IMG/VR virus record: IMGVR_UViG_3300021963_000074
Coordinates: 1 to 64,000 of that record
DNA length: 64,000 nucleotides
Source of the DNA: a virus
Reading direction: 5' to 3' (one strand)
Positions within the stretch are counted from its first letter, which is position 1. Every line of letters starts with the position of its first letter. A program made the position numbers and the translations under genes. Below are positions 8,646 to 16,669 of the stretch, one piece after another. The notes beneath the pieces are model-generated. The model searched no databases. It worked only from the letters and a program-made list of their open reading frames with translations, and was not told the origin of the DNA.

Positions 8646-9470
8646 TTAATCCCACTCTAAAAATCTTATTTCAAAGGTATTAATGTCAGTTGGTCTAATT
8701 AATATAGGACGTGTTTTATTGACGCTATTAGTCAATAACCAATCCTTATTGTTGCTATCTCTATACTTTAATACAGGATTGTATCTTAACTTCATAATCT
8801 GATCATACCCGTGTAATATATCTCCTGCTACCCCTAAAAACCAATCATTTTGATCTTTTCCTGAAGTTCTATCGTATTTAGGTGTATAACGAGAAAATTT
8901 ACCTGTTAATTTATCTGTGTATGCTTCATATCCGTGTAGTTTTAAATCGGTAACTAATTCTGCGGTATATTTCAACTTTTTACCACTACCGTGTGCCAAT
9001 ACTATTCTATATGTAGTGTATTCTGTTTCATCTGGATACATGATATCCAATAACATTGTATAAAAGAAATTTATTTTTTCAGGTTCATAACTATGATCAG
9101 TTTGGTCTACTGATTCAATCCCTGAATTTATAATACCACTATGTGACTTGGGTCTAAAGAATGTACAGTTATCATCTCCTTGCCAAGCCGCGGCAAACTT
9201 CTTAGTAATATTTTCATCCCCGTTATTACAACAAACCCATAATACTGAGAAATTACCTATATTCTTACCATGAACAAAAGGTATATTGTTATTTGGATTT
9301 TGCCCTATTGGAATATTTACATTTTCCTGCAATACATCAAATGTAACATTGTATTTTGATGTAGGGATTTTTTTATCAAATTTGATATAAACAAAATTGT
9401 CTTGTTCTCGTTCATCCCGCAAACCTGTCATTTGCAGTATTTTATTAGCAAAGTTTCTAAATCCACCCAT
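8646..9470 (-). CDS. Hypothetical protein
   Basis: 274-aa ORF in operon orientation with SD GGGG; no recognised motif. Confidence 0.6.
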   Translation of the reverse strand: MGGFRNFANKILQMTGLRDEREQDNFVYIKFDKKIPTSKYNVTFDVLQENVNIPIGQNPNNNIPFVHGKNIGNFSVLWVCCNNGDENITKKFAAAWQGDDNCTFFRPKSHSGIINSGIESVDQTDHSYEPEKINFFYTMLLDIMYPDETEYTTYRIVLAHGSGKKLKYTAELVTDLKLHGYEAYTDKLTGKFSRYTPKYDRTSGKDQNDWFLGVAGDILHGYDQIMKLRYNPVLKYRDSNNKDWLLTNSVNKTRPILIRPTDINTFEIRFLEWD

Positions 9471-9501
9471 ATATACCCCATTAATAACTTACTTAGTCTA
9501 A

Positions 9502-9924
9502 TTACAATGGTACTTTACATTTATTTAAAACTTTGCTGATTAGATTGAATTTCTCTGCTAATCCTACATAGAATATATCCGGTGGGCGCTCAGTATATGC
9601 TACTTGGTCATATGCTAGACAACCCATTTCTTTATAGTAATTGTTACTGGGCCAGCGATTTTTTGCTAATTCTAACCCATTGATTAATAGGCACTCATCT
9701 GCTACACTGCTTAGAACTTTCTTTCGTTGTTCAATGGGTAGGCGTGTACCTTCCATAATTTTGATACATACTGGTTCACGATTTAAGTTTGGATTATCTA
9801 AGTATCGTGCGAACAAATGAACCACGTAAGCCTCTACATTATGTTCTAAATTTACACAAAGTTTACTTTCGGCTTCAAGTATAACTTCATAGCTGTGTTT
9901 TACATAAGTTAGATAGTGGTTCAT
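9502..9924 (-). CDS. Hypothetical helical protein
   Basis: 140-aa ORF with SD GAGGA; no confident family. Confidence 0.6.
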   Translation of the reverse strand: MNHYLTYVKHSYEVILEAESKLCVNLEHNVEAYVVHLFARYLDNPNLNREPVCIKIMEGTRLPIEQRKKVLSSVADECLLINGLELAKNRWPSNNYYKEMGCLAYDQVAYTERPPDIFYVGLAEKFNLISKVLNKCKVPL

Positions 9925-9930
9925 TATTCC

Positions 9931-10800
9931 TCACATAATATATATTTTACCTACACTGGCGCGTAGCACAGAGTCAAACAAATTAGATAATACATTTGAT
10001 AATTCTAAGCTAGCTTCTCCGCGTAATAATTCATCATTTTGTAATTCAGGATTCAATCTCATAAACTTAGTTGTTCTACCCCATGCTTTTCTACCATAGT
10101 CTAATGAAACTGGTAGTGGATTTAACGTAATTCTACCGTCTTTTAGATATTGTGCAAATAATTCATACATAAATTCATATGGTCTTTTTATCTGTCCGGT
10201 GCGACTACTACGCTGTGTGCCTATAGCATTGAAAAAAGCACCGTATTCTTGTTGTAGGTTCCAATTAACAGCAGTATTAGTATACCTATGCTCTGCTGAT
10301 TTATTATAATAATCTTTTAGAATCTTATTGATATAATTAAAGAAATAACTCTCTGCCTTATTCCATGGATCAGCAATATTACCTCTTGATGTGCCATAAT
10401 TATTACGATTTGATGCAGTAATTGCATGACCAAATCTATGTGCCATTACCCACGGCGTCATCATAACTGCTCTGTCACCGGTGTTACCTATAAACACAAT
10501 AGTAATTGCATTTTCGTGCCTGTTAACAATTAAATCTGCTTGCTCTTTGCTAAAGATATTTTTAACTTCATTTGGATTTATTGCTCCGTATTCTTTAAAC
10601 TTTCGTAGTCCTGGACTATTATTAAAAAACAATCTAAAATTATAAGGTGTGTTCTCTAAAAATTTAATTGCTTTTGTTTGAGTAACAGGATGTGTAATCA
10701 GTTTACGGTCTACTGGATTAAACTGCCCTTTCTTTTCAAAATCACCCAATGGTACATAATCTTGTAATGGGGCTTCTGTGATGAACTCTGTTGCTCTCAT
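9931..10800 (-). CDS. Putative internal virion protein with degenerate zincin-like HRFGH motif
   Basis: MRATEFITE leader; WVMAHRFGHAI and downstream YEFMYELFAQY. Confidence 0.5.
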   Translation of the reverse strand: MRATEFITEAPLQDYVPLGDFEKKGQFNPVDRKLITHPVTQTKAIKFLENTPYNFRLFFNNSPGLRKFKEYGAINPNEVKNIFSKEQADLIVNRHENAITIVFIGNTGDRAVMMTPWVMAHRFGHAITASNRNNYGTSRGNIADPWNKAESYFFNYINKILKDYYNKSAEHRYTNTAVNWNLQQEYGAFFNAIGTQRSSRTGQIKRPYEFMYELFAQYLKDGRITLNPLPVSLDYGRKAWGRTTKFMRLNPELQNDELLRGEASLELSNVLSNLFDSVLRASVGKIYIM

Positions 10801-11426
10801 AATATTCTATAATAATCTATAAAGTTTTCGTGTCTATCTTTAAGTCCACGCATTGCTGGATTAATATATTTGGTAACAGTAGCAGTATCTTTGAAATTAG
10901 TTATATTAGGTCTAACTCTAGTTTTCCAATACCATATAGCAATCTTGGCAGCAATGTCAGGTCTGGCTGCATATTCAGGATGATTGATTAAATCTATATT
11001 CAATGCTTGGCTAGCCATTCTATAATTATCACGACCAGTCAACTGTACAAACCCTCTGCCATGATATTTTTCACCATCTCCTGGACGAGTGTTTCCTAAT
11101 ATTCTTGCTGTCTTGGGTGCATATTGAACACCGTATCTTTTTTCAAAATAGCCTTTACCCATTGGCTTTTCTTTTAGTCGTTCAAAGTTCCATGATTCGT
11201 GTTTCATCTGAGCCAAGAATTGAGCCAATTCTGGTCCTTTTAATCCTGAGCCTATTGCAACTTTTTGCAAAGTGATTTCGTTCTGTGGGTTGTTACTTAA
11301 TACATTGAAATCTGTGGGCATTTTTAAGCCTAGTGAGGCTTGTGCTCCTGTGGCTGCTCCGGCACCCATTGCACCAAGAAACCCTCTGCGAGTTAAATCT
11401 TCTGCAATGATTTCTGATGCTCTCAT
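10797..11426 (-). CDS. Glycoside hydrolase family 19 (muramidase) with CTS-like leader and twin-arginine motif
   Basis: FLAQMKHES, YHGRGFVQLTGRDNY, VTKYIN; N-terminus MRASEIIAE-DLTRRGFLG. Confidence 0.85.
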   Translation of the reverse strand: MRASEIIAEDLTRRGFLGAMGAGAATGAQASLGLKMPTDFNVLSNNPQNEITLQKVAIGSGLKGPELAQFLAQMKHESWNFERLKEKPMGKGYFEKRYGVQYAPKTARILGNTRPGDGEKYHGRGFVQLTGRDNYRMASQALNIDLINHPEYAARPDIAAKIAIWYWKTRVRPNITNFKDTATVTKYINPAMRGLKDRHENFIDYYRIL

Positions 11427-11866
11427 TATGCTCGTTCTTTTTTAAGAACACTGCGAATCATCCACTGATGTTTTTCGTGTGCATCTAATCTTTCTGCGAT
11501 AAAATTAGCAATGCCTTGTTTGTTTTCTTCTGTAGCTGATTGAAAACACATATTTAGAAAATCAATCATCTTAGCGTTGTCCGTTAGCAATTCAGTAAAC
11601 ATCAATTCAGCACGTGGAATCTTAGTTTGATCTGGAATAATACTAAGTTCAGCATAGCGTGTTAAACTACCTGGGGTATAGCTATCTAAGGTACGAATAT
11701 ATTCTGCAACTCTATCTACTGAACCGTATACCTCTGTATAGAAATTGTCAAAGAAACTATGATATTGTGGGAAGTCGGCACCTTCAACATTCCAATGAAA
11801 GTTTTGTGCTTTGATAGCAAGTGCATTTGTACTTGCTAATAGTATTTTTAAGTTATCAGTTAACAT
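11426..11866 (-). CDS. dps: Dps / ferritin-like DNA starvation protection protein
   Basis: NFHWNVEGADFPQYHSFF, DRVAE ferroxidase motif, HEKHQWM. Confidence 0.92.
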   Translation of the reverse strand: MLTDNLKILLASTNALAIKAQNFHWNVEGADFPQYHSFFDNFYTEVYGSVDRVAEYIRTLDSYTPGSLTRYAELSIIPDQTKIPRAELMFTELLTDNAKMIDFLNMCFQSATEENKQGIANFIAERLDAHEKHQWMIRSVLKKERA

Positions 11867-11929
11867 ATTATTTCCCCGGTGGGGTTCCTTTGTTCTTTAA
11901 GTAAAAATCAATTACGCCTCTGTCCATAT

Positions 11930-13381
11930 TTAGTGCTTCAATAATAATGTACTTAATACACCAGTATCATTTGCAGTCAAGTCTGGTTCACCGGGAGCAA
12001 TAATAACATTCCATTTCATATTAGGAATCTTTTGACCTTTAGTAGCCCACTCGTCATAACTTAATATTGAATTAGCACTTAATCCATACTCGGTAGCTAA
12101 ACGTTGTTTTAATTCAGGTAACTTTTCAGGTATGATTTGCCATTGTCCTTCACTACCCTTATCTAAATTACCCTTAGCATCTTTAACTAATAAGTCTTGG
12201 AATAGTCCAGTTGGTACAATACGACTATTTTTAGTTGTATCTAATTTAGGATCAGCTGCCTTAACTTGTTTCTCTTGGCTTGTATGAGCACCCTCACTCC
12301 AATTGATAATGAAGTTATCGGGTTTCTGTGCTAGTGCGGCACCAGCCATCTTTGTATAAGCGTAGAATTTAACATCAGGTAAGCTGTTTGCTAACTTGAA
12401 TGCTAAGTCTAAGTATTCTGGACTAAAGAAGTCGCCAGCGTCATGCCAACGAATAGTTACATTATAACCGCCCTTTTTACCTAATTTTTCTTCTTTAGCA
12501 ATTTCATTTGCTAGTTGCTCAAAGAAACCATCTGGGTTGTTCAATAGATATGTAATGATGCGTCCGTCACTTAACCAAGCCGCTTCAAACTGAATCTTGC
12601 CGCCCTTCATAGCAAAGCAATCTATTTTACAGCTGCCAGCGCCAGGACATGTATTAACAACAATTAAATTGTTTGTGTTCTCGTCTAATGCAATACCAAC
12701 TAATGCGGCAAAACCAATATTGAAGAACTGTTCTAAGTCTCCATTACTGTGCTTCATCTTTTCATTTTGCTTTAGTAATTTCTTTGGACGTACTGCTAAT
12801 GCTTGTTTAACATCTTCTTCACGGTATCTGTTACCTGCAGGATCATAGTACTTGACTACACTACTACGGTGAATATAAGGCATACGATATTTGTCTTGTT
12901 TTGTTTTTCCAGACACATATTTTTCTTTGCCTTTTTTATCTAACTTTACTTGACCTGTCTTTTTATCAATGTCAGGAGTGCCAGCAATTCGTGTCATATA
13001 ATCTTGAAATTCTTGTCCACCTATATCACGCTGGTCGATAGGAAGTTTAGTTGCTTCAGGTATCATACCTTTACCGGCAAGTTTTTCTAGTTCTAAATAT
13101 TGTTGTTTTAACTTTTCCCAAGTTTCTGAGTCGCGCCTTTTATTGGCATCTAACATTTTACTATGTAATACATCAGCTTTTGCCAAATAATCATTCATTT
13201 GTATCCTGTTAATTCTACTACTAATTGGCTCGGTAGTATTTTCATCAACTTCTTCATTACCATCTACAAAATCATCGGCTTCAGGATCAGAAACAAACTG
13301 GTCAACTGACATAATTTTAATGCCACTAGGGGCTCCAGGTAATTTGGGTTCTGCACCTTCGTATAATTCTGTTATTTTCAT
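11930..13381 (-). CDS. GP88-family (radical-SAM-like) protein with CTS-like leader
   Basis: TCPGAGSCKIDCFA, IRWHDAGDFF and FYAYTK motifs; MKITELYE leader. Confidence 0.7.
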   Translation of the reverse strand: MKITELYEGAEPKLPGAPSGIKIMSVDQFVSDPEADDFVDGNEEVDENTTEPISSRINRIQMNDYLAKADVLHSKMLDANKRRDSETWEKLKQQYLELEKLAGKGMIPEATKLPIDQRDIGGQEFQDYMTRIAGTPDIDKKTGQVKLDKKGKEKYVSGKTKQDKYRMPYIHRSSVVKYYDPAGNRYREEDVKQALAVRPKKLLKQNEKMKHSNGDLEQFFNIGFAALVGIALDENTNNLIVVNTCPGAGSCKIDCFAMKGGKIQFEAAWLSDGRIITYLLNNPDGFFEQLANEIAKEEKLGKKGGYNVTIRWHDAGDFFSPEYLDLAFKLANSLPDVKFYAYTKMAGAALAQKPDNFIINWSEGAHTSQEKQVKAADPKLDTTKNSRIVPTGLFQDLLVKDAKGNLDKGSEGQWQIIPEKLPELKQRLATEYGLSANSILSYDEWATKGQKIPNMKWNVIIAPGEPDLTANDTGVLSTLLLKH

Positions 13382-13885
13382 TTAATTCTCCAAATCTTCA
13401 TGGGACCATGATATGTAACTTTTCCCGTTTGTGTCCCCTGCACGTACTACAAACACGCCACCATTATCATAACTACCTTCATCTTCACCGATTTCCCAGC
13501 CCATACTTGCTAGTGTGCGTTCAGCACGAATCATGTCTTGTTCAGTACCTAACCACCATTGTTTAGCTAATTGGCGTAAAATTTCTTCACCATCTTGTCC
13601 ACCATTATCACCGTCACCAGTATCAGCAAATTCTTTTAGTCCCTTAAGGTGCTTCTTTATATCAACGATAGGTGTGAATAAGTGATTAAGAATCTGTCTT
13701 TTCTTTTGCTCTGTTTGAAAACTTTCATTTTTCATTATAGGGCATTTCCATATGCCTTCAGTTTTAGTTGGATAAAAAGGAAAATGCTGTTGAACTTTCA
13801 ATGCACTATTTTTATCTTGGTTATCAACTTGGTAATATAAGTTTTTACCAAACGCACCTTCAACTAAAACATCAGTTATTTTCAC
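13382..13885 (-). CDS. Two-module putative internal virion protein
   Basis: MKITDVLVE leader; internal LKE site; C-terminal module resembles a module of 5967..8483. Confidence 0.55.
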   Translation of the reverse strand: MKITDVLVEGAFGKNLYYQVDNQDKNSALKVQQHFPFYPTKTEGIWKCPIMKNESFQTEQKKRQILNHLFTPIVDIKKHLKGLKEFADTGDGDNGGQDGEEILRQLAKQWWLGTEQDMIRAERTLASMGWEIGEDEGSYDNGGVFVVRAGDTNGKSYISWSHEDLEN

Positions 13886-15876
13886 TTTGCTGACTTTCTT
13901 AATGCATCAGCAGTCGGTGCACCTTTACTACCTGGCTTACGCATGTGTTCTCCGCTACCATGTTTAATACGTTCACGTTTAGCATGTATGTTAGCCCATA
14001 AGCCTTTGCTTTCCTCCGCCACACCTTTTGGTTTTAATTTTCTAACTGTCCAAGACCCATCGTTGTTGATTCGGTCTAATTCATACTTGTGGTATTTTGC
14101 ATCGCCTTGAGGATCTAAGTCTTCGCCAGCTATATCACGCACATACTCATCGTATAGTGCTGGATCTGAATTGTAAATTGCTGGATCAAGTATTACAACA
14201 TGGTCTGCATAATAAATCTTATTGCCTTTAATTGTTGGTCCGGTAGTAGAACCTTCCGCCACACCTTTAGTTAATCCTGGTACTTCATTTTTGAGCACAC
14301 TCATGGCTCGCTGTAGACTTGAATAAGTGTCAATGTGCTTACCGTTGGCGTGAATCATGAAGTCTGTGGGACTGGACTGAATGATTTCATATTTGCCACC
14401 ATCAGCACCGGTGCCCGAAAACACAACTTGTCCGTCCGTGCCTTCCGCCACACCTTGCTGACCACGTTGTGCTTGAAATGCTTGTGCTTTTTCATCGCTA
14501 CTTTGTTTTGATCCTTTGAACATTAACATTGCCGCAAATAACATTAGTGTTACAGGAATCAATCCTAGAATACTACCAGATGCTACTGCGCCTCCTACTT
14601 CGCCTGCGGCTGCGTGTGCCAATACACCATCAATCATTCCCATAGCATTCATCCACATTGTAGATAAAATGCTGCCGCCACCTACTGCCAATCCACCAAG
14701 TTGTTTCGTCATACCCGATTCGGCGACTGTGGCAGACTGACCTGCTGCCAATTGTTCCATCTTTTGTTTAACTTCTTTACCAGACTTGCTGGTCTTCAGA
14801 ATTTCAATCAATTGTGGCTTGTATTGTTGTGCCATTTGATAATATTTGCCAATGCCAGGAATCTTCTTGACTAATGCTGTAATAGTTTCAATAGCACCTT
14901 CATCTAACTGGTAGCCCTCCGCCACACCTTGCTCTTTAACTTTACCTTTGTTGTGTGCTTTCCATGCAGTAGCATAAGCAATACTTTTCTCTTTAGGACT
15001 TAGTTTACCATCTTTGCTATAACTCTTTTTGATGTGTTTTACCATGCGTTCTGCTTTAGCTCCGGGAGGTGCAACTTCTGCCATACCCTGTCCGTTATCC
15101 AAACGCTTAATCAAATCTAATAATTTTTCGTAGCGCATACGATTATTATTCCACGTAGACCAAGAACCATAGTGGTCTGCATATTGGTCATGACTGTTCT
15201 GAGCCAACCATGCTTTTAATGCGTTTGCTTCCTGAGTGTATTCATCTCTCTTTGAACCAGTATTTTCATCTATCGTATAGACATTGCCACGTTCATGCTG
15301 ACTAATCATATAATCCATGACAGTAACCATAATAGATTTGGCTACTGCAATTTTCTCTTGTACCCATTCTGGTAAATTTTCATCTGCTTGTAATTCGTTG
15401 CCCAAATGACCTGATACTCTAACAATAGTATGTAGATTATTTTGCACCATGTCTACTTCATCATTGTATTCACCGCCGCCGTCGAATTCTTCTTTTGCCA
15501 TGATATCACGGTCTTCTGGTCTATTACCTATGTCACGGGCTTTTGATTTGTTAAAGAATTCTTTTCTTTTTGATTTTGCTAGTAATTGTTCTTCGCTGAT
15601 ATCATCTTCGCTTATTGCTTCTTCTTTAATACCAGCTTTTCTGCTGTTTGGAAACTTTTCGCTAGAACTGATGCCTTGAAACATACTACCTTTACCCCTA
15701 CGTTGCATACTTCCCATGGGCTGTGCTACTGTAGCAATAGAACCTGAAGTAGTTTCTTCAATCTTTTCATCTTCTAACACGTTTGGATCACGACCAAATT
15801 TAGGTGCTTGTTGACTCTGTAGTCCTGAAGGACTGCTAACTGTCGTTGTCATTTCAAAAAGAGAGGATATTTTCAT
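13882..15876 (-). CDS. Modular polyprotein with four GVAE repeats (plus one GMAE)
   Basis: MKISSLFE leader; modules LPEWVQEKI, IAYATAWK, a hydrophobic membrane module, two small unknown modules and a basic GLWANIHAKR..KPGSKGAPT tail. Confidence 0.7.
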   Translation of the reverse strand: MKISSLFEMTTTVSSPSGLQSQQAPKFGRDPNVLEDEKIEETTSGSIATVAQPMGSMQRRGKGSMFQGISSSEKFPNSRKAGIKEEAISEDDISEEQLLAKSKRKEFFNKSKARDIGNRPEDRDIMAKEEFDGGGEYNDEVDMVQNNLHTIVRVSGHLGNELQADENLPEWVQEKIAVAKSIMVTVMDYMISQHERGNVYTIDENTGSKRDEYTQEANALKAWLAQNSHDQYADHYGSWSTWNNNRMRYEKLLDLIKRLDNGQGMAEVAPPGAKAERMVKHIKKSYSKDGKLSPKEKSIAYATAWKAHNKGKVKEQGVAEGYQLDEGAIETITALVKKIPGIGKYYQMAQQYKPQLIEILKTSKSGKEVKQKMEQLAAGQSATVAESGMTKQLGGLAVGGGSILSTMWMNAMGMIDGVLAHAAAGEVGGAVASGSILGLIPVTLMLFAAMLMFKGSKQSSDEKAQAFQAQRGQQGVAEGTDGQVVFSGTGADGGKYEIIQSSPTDFMIHANGKHIDTYSSLQRAMSVLKNEVPGLTKGVAEGSTTGPTIKGNKIYYADHVVILDPAIYNSDPALYDEYVRDIAGEDLDPQGDAKYHKYELDRINNDGSWTVRKLKPKGVAEESKGLWANIHAKRERIKHGSGEHMRKPGSKGAPTADALRKSAK
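14015..14027 (-). repeat. 13-bp junction repeat, copy 4
   Basis: + strand TCCGCCACACCTT; encodes KGVAE. Confidence 0.95.
14255..14267 (-). repeat. 13-bp junction repeat, copy 5
   Basis: + strand TCCGCCACACCTT; encodes KGVAE. Confidence 0.95.
14444..14456 (-). repeat. 13-bp junction repeat, copy 6
   Basis: + strand TCCGCCACACCTT; encodes QGVAE. Confidence 0.95.
14918..14930 (-). repeat. 13-bp junction repeat, copy 7
   Basis: + strand TCCGCCACACCTT; encodes QGVAE. Confidence 0.95.
15077..15089 (-). repeat. Degenerate junction repeat (10/13)
   Basis: + strand TCTGCCATACCCT; encodes QGMAE at a module boundary. Confidence 0.6.
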
Positions 15877-15897
15877 AATACAAATTCCATATATTAT

Positions 15898-15906
15898 GTA
15901 TTTATC
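15898..15906 (-). promoter_or_regulatory. T4-type late promoter heading the cargo cluster
   Basis: GATAAATAC upstream of ATG 15876. Confidence 0.7.
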
Positions 15907-15921
15907 GTTTTTGGATAGTTG

Positions 15922-16605
15922 TCAAGGTAAATTAAAAAGTATCATTTCTGAATCATCAGGGCTAGTTATTTCTAACATGTTTTCTTGCTCAAACATATAT
16001 CCATCACCCTCAACTGATTCATTCCCATTGATAGTAGCTTTACCTGTAATTATATACAAGTAATATTTACAAGTGGGGTCTAGATTTTCAGTATACGATT
16101 CTGTAAAAATACCAGCTTTTACTATAGCATCACTTTGTATAGTAACTGGACTACCTTTTTGACTAGCAATATTTGCAAACTTGTTTAATTTATCTTCTCT
16201 AGTAAACTGATATCCATCATATTTAGGGGGTATTCCCATTTTATTGGGGCGCAACCATATCTGCAAATAACGAATAGGTTTATCTGAATTATTACCCTCA
16301 ATATGCCAAATACCAGACCCAGCTGTCATATGTTGAACTGAGCCTGTCGGTACTTGTAGTATATTGCGTAAGTTGTCGTTATGATAGCATGGACCATTAA
16401 TTACATAGCCCAGTATCTCCATATCCATGTGTTGATGTACGGGTACAAAATGTCTTGGTTGAACTCTATCATCATTGATTACTTCTAATATAGAGTAATT
16501 GATATAGTTTGTATCCCAGTAACTGTTATTGCTAAATGAACGATATGTTTCAAACCATCCAACATTCATATGTTTTCTGGTATCTTTTGGTCTATGTTTA
16601 ATCAT
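15922..16605 (-). CDS. Pirin-family cupin protein (YhhW-like)
   Basis: VINDDRV, HQHMDMEILGYV, MTAGSGIWHIE, LQIWLRP. Confidence 0.9.
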   Translation of the reverse strand: MIKHRPKDTRKHMNVGWFETYRSFSNNSYWDTNYINYSILEVINDDRVQPRHFVPVHQHMDMEILGYVINGPCYHNDNLRNILQVPTGSVQHMTAGSGIWHIEGNNSDKPIRYLQIWLRPNKMGIPPKYDGYQFTREDKLNKFANIASQKGSPVTIQSDAIVKAGIFTESYTENLDPTCKYYLYIITGKATINGNESVEGDGYMFEQENMLEITSPDDSEMILFNLP

Positions 16606-16669
16606 TTAAAATAACTTATAAAATTTATTGTTATTTATAGTAAATTAATTGGTTATATTTATTATAATC

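Noticed and set aside
11867-11927. 19-codon ORF and CCCC-ACC-GGGG hairpin upstream of dps
   Set aside because: A 4-bp stem and a tiny ORF are too weak to support a regulatory claim.
7147-14930. CRISPR array interpretation of the 13-bp repeats
   Set aside because: Repeats are too short, spacers are 176-593 bp, irregular and protein-coding in frame, and no cas genes are present.
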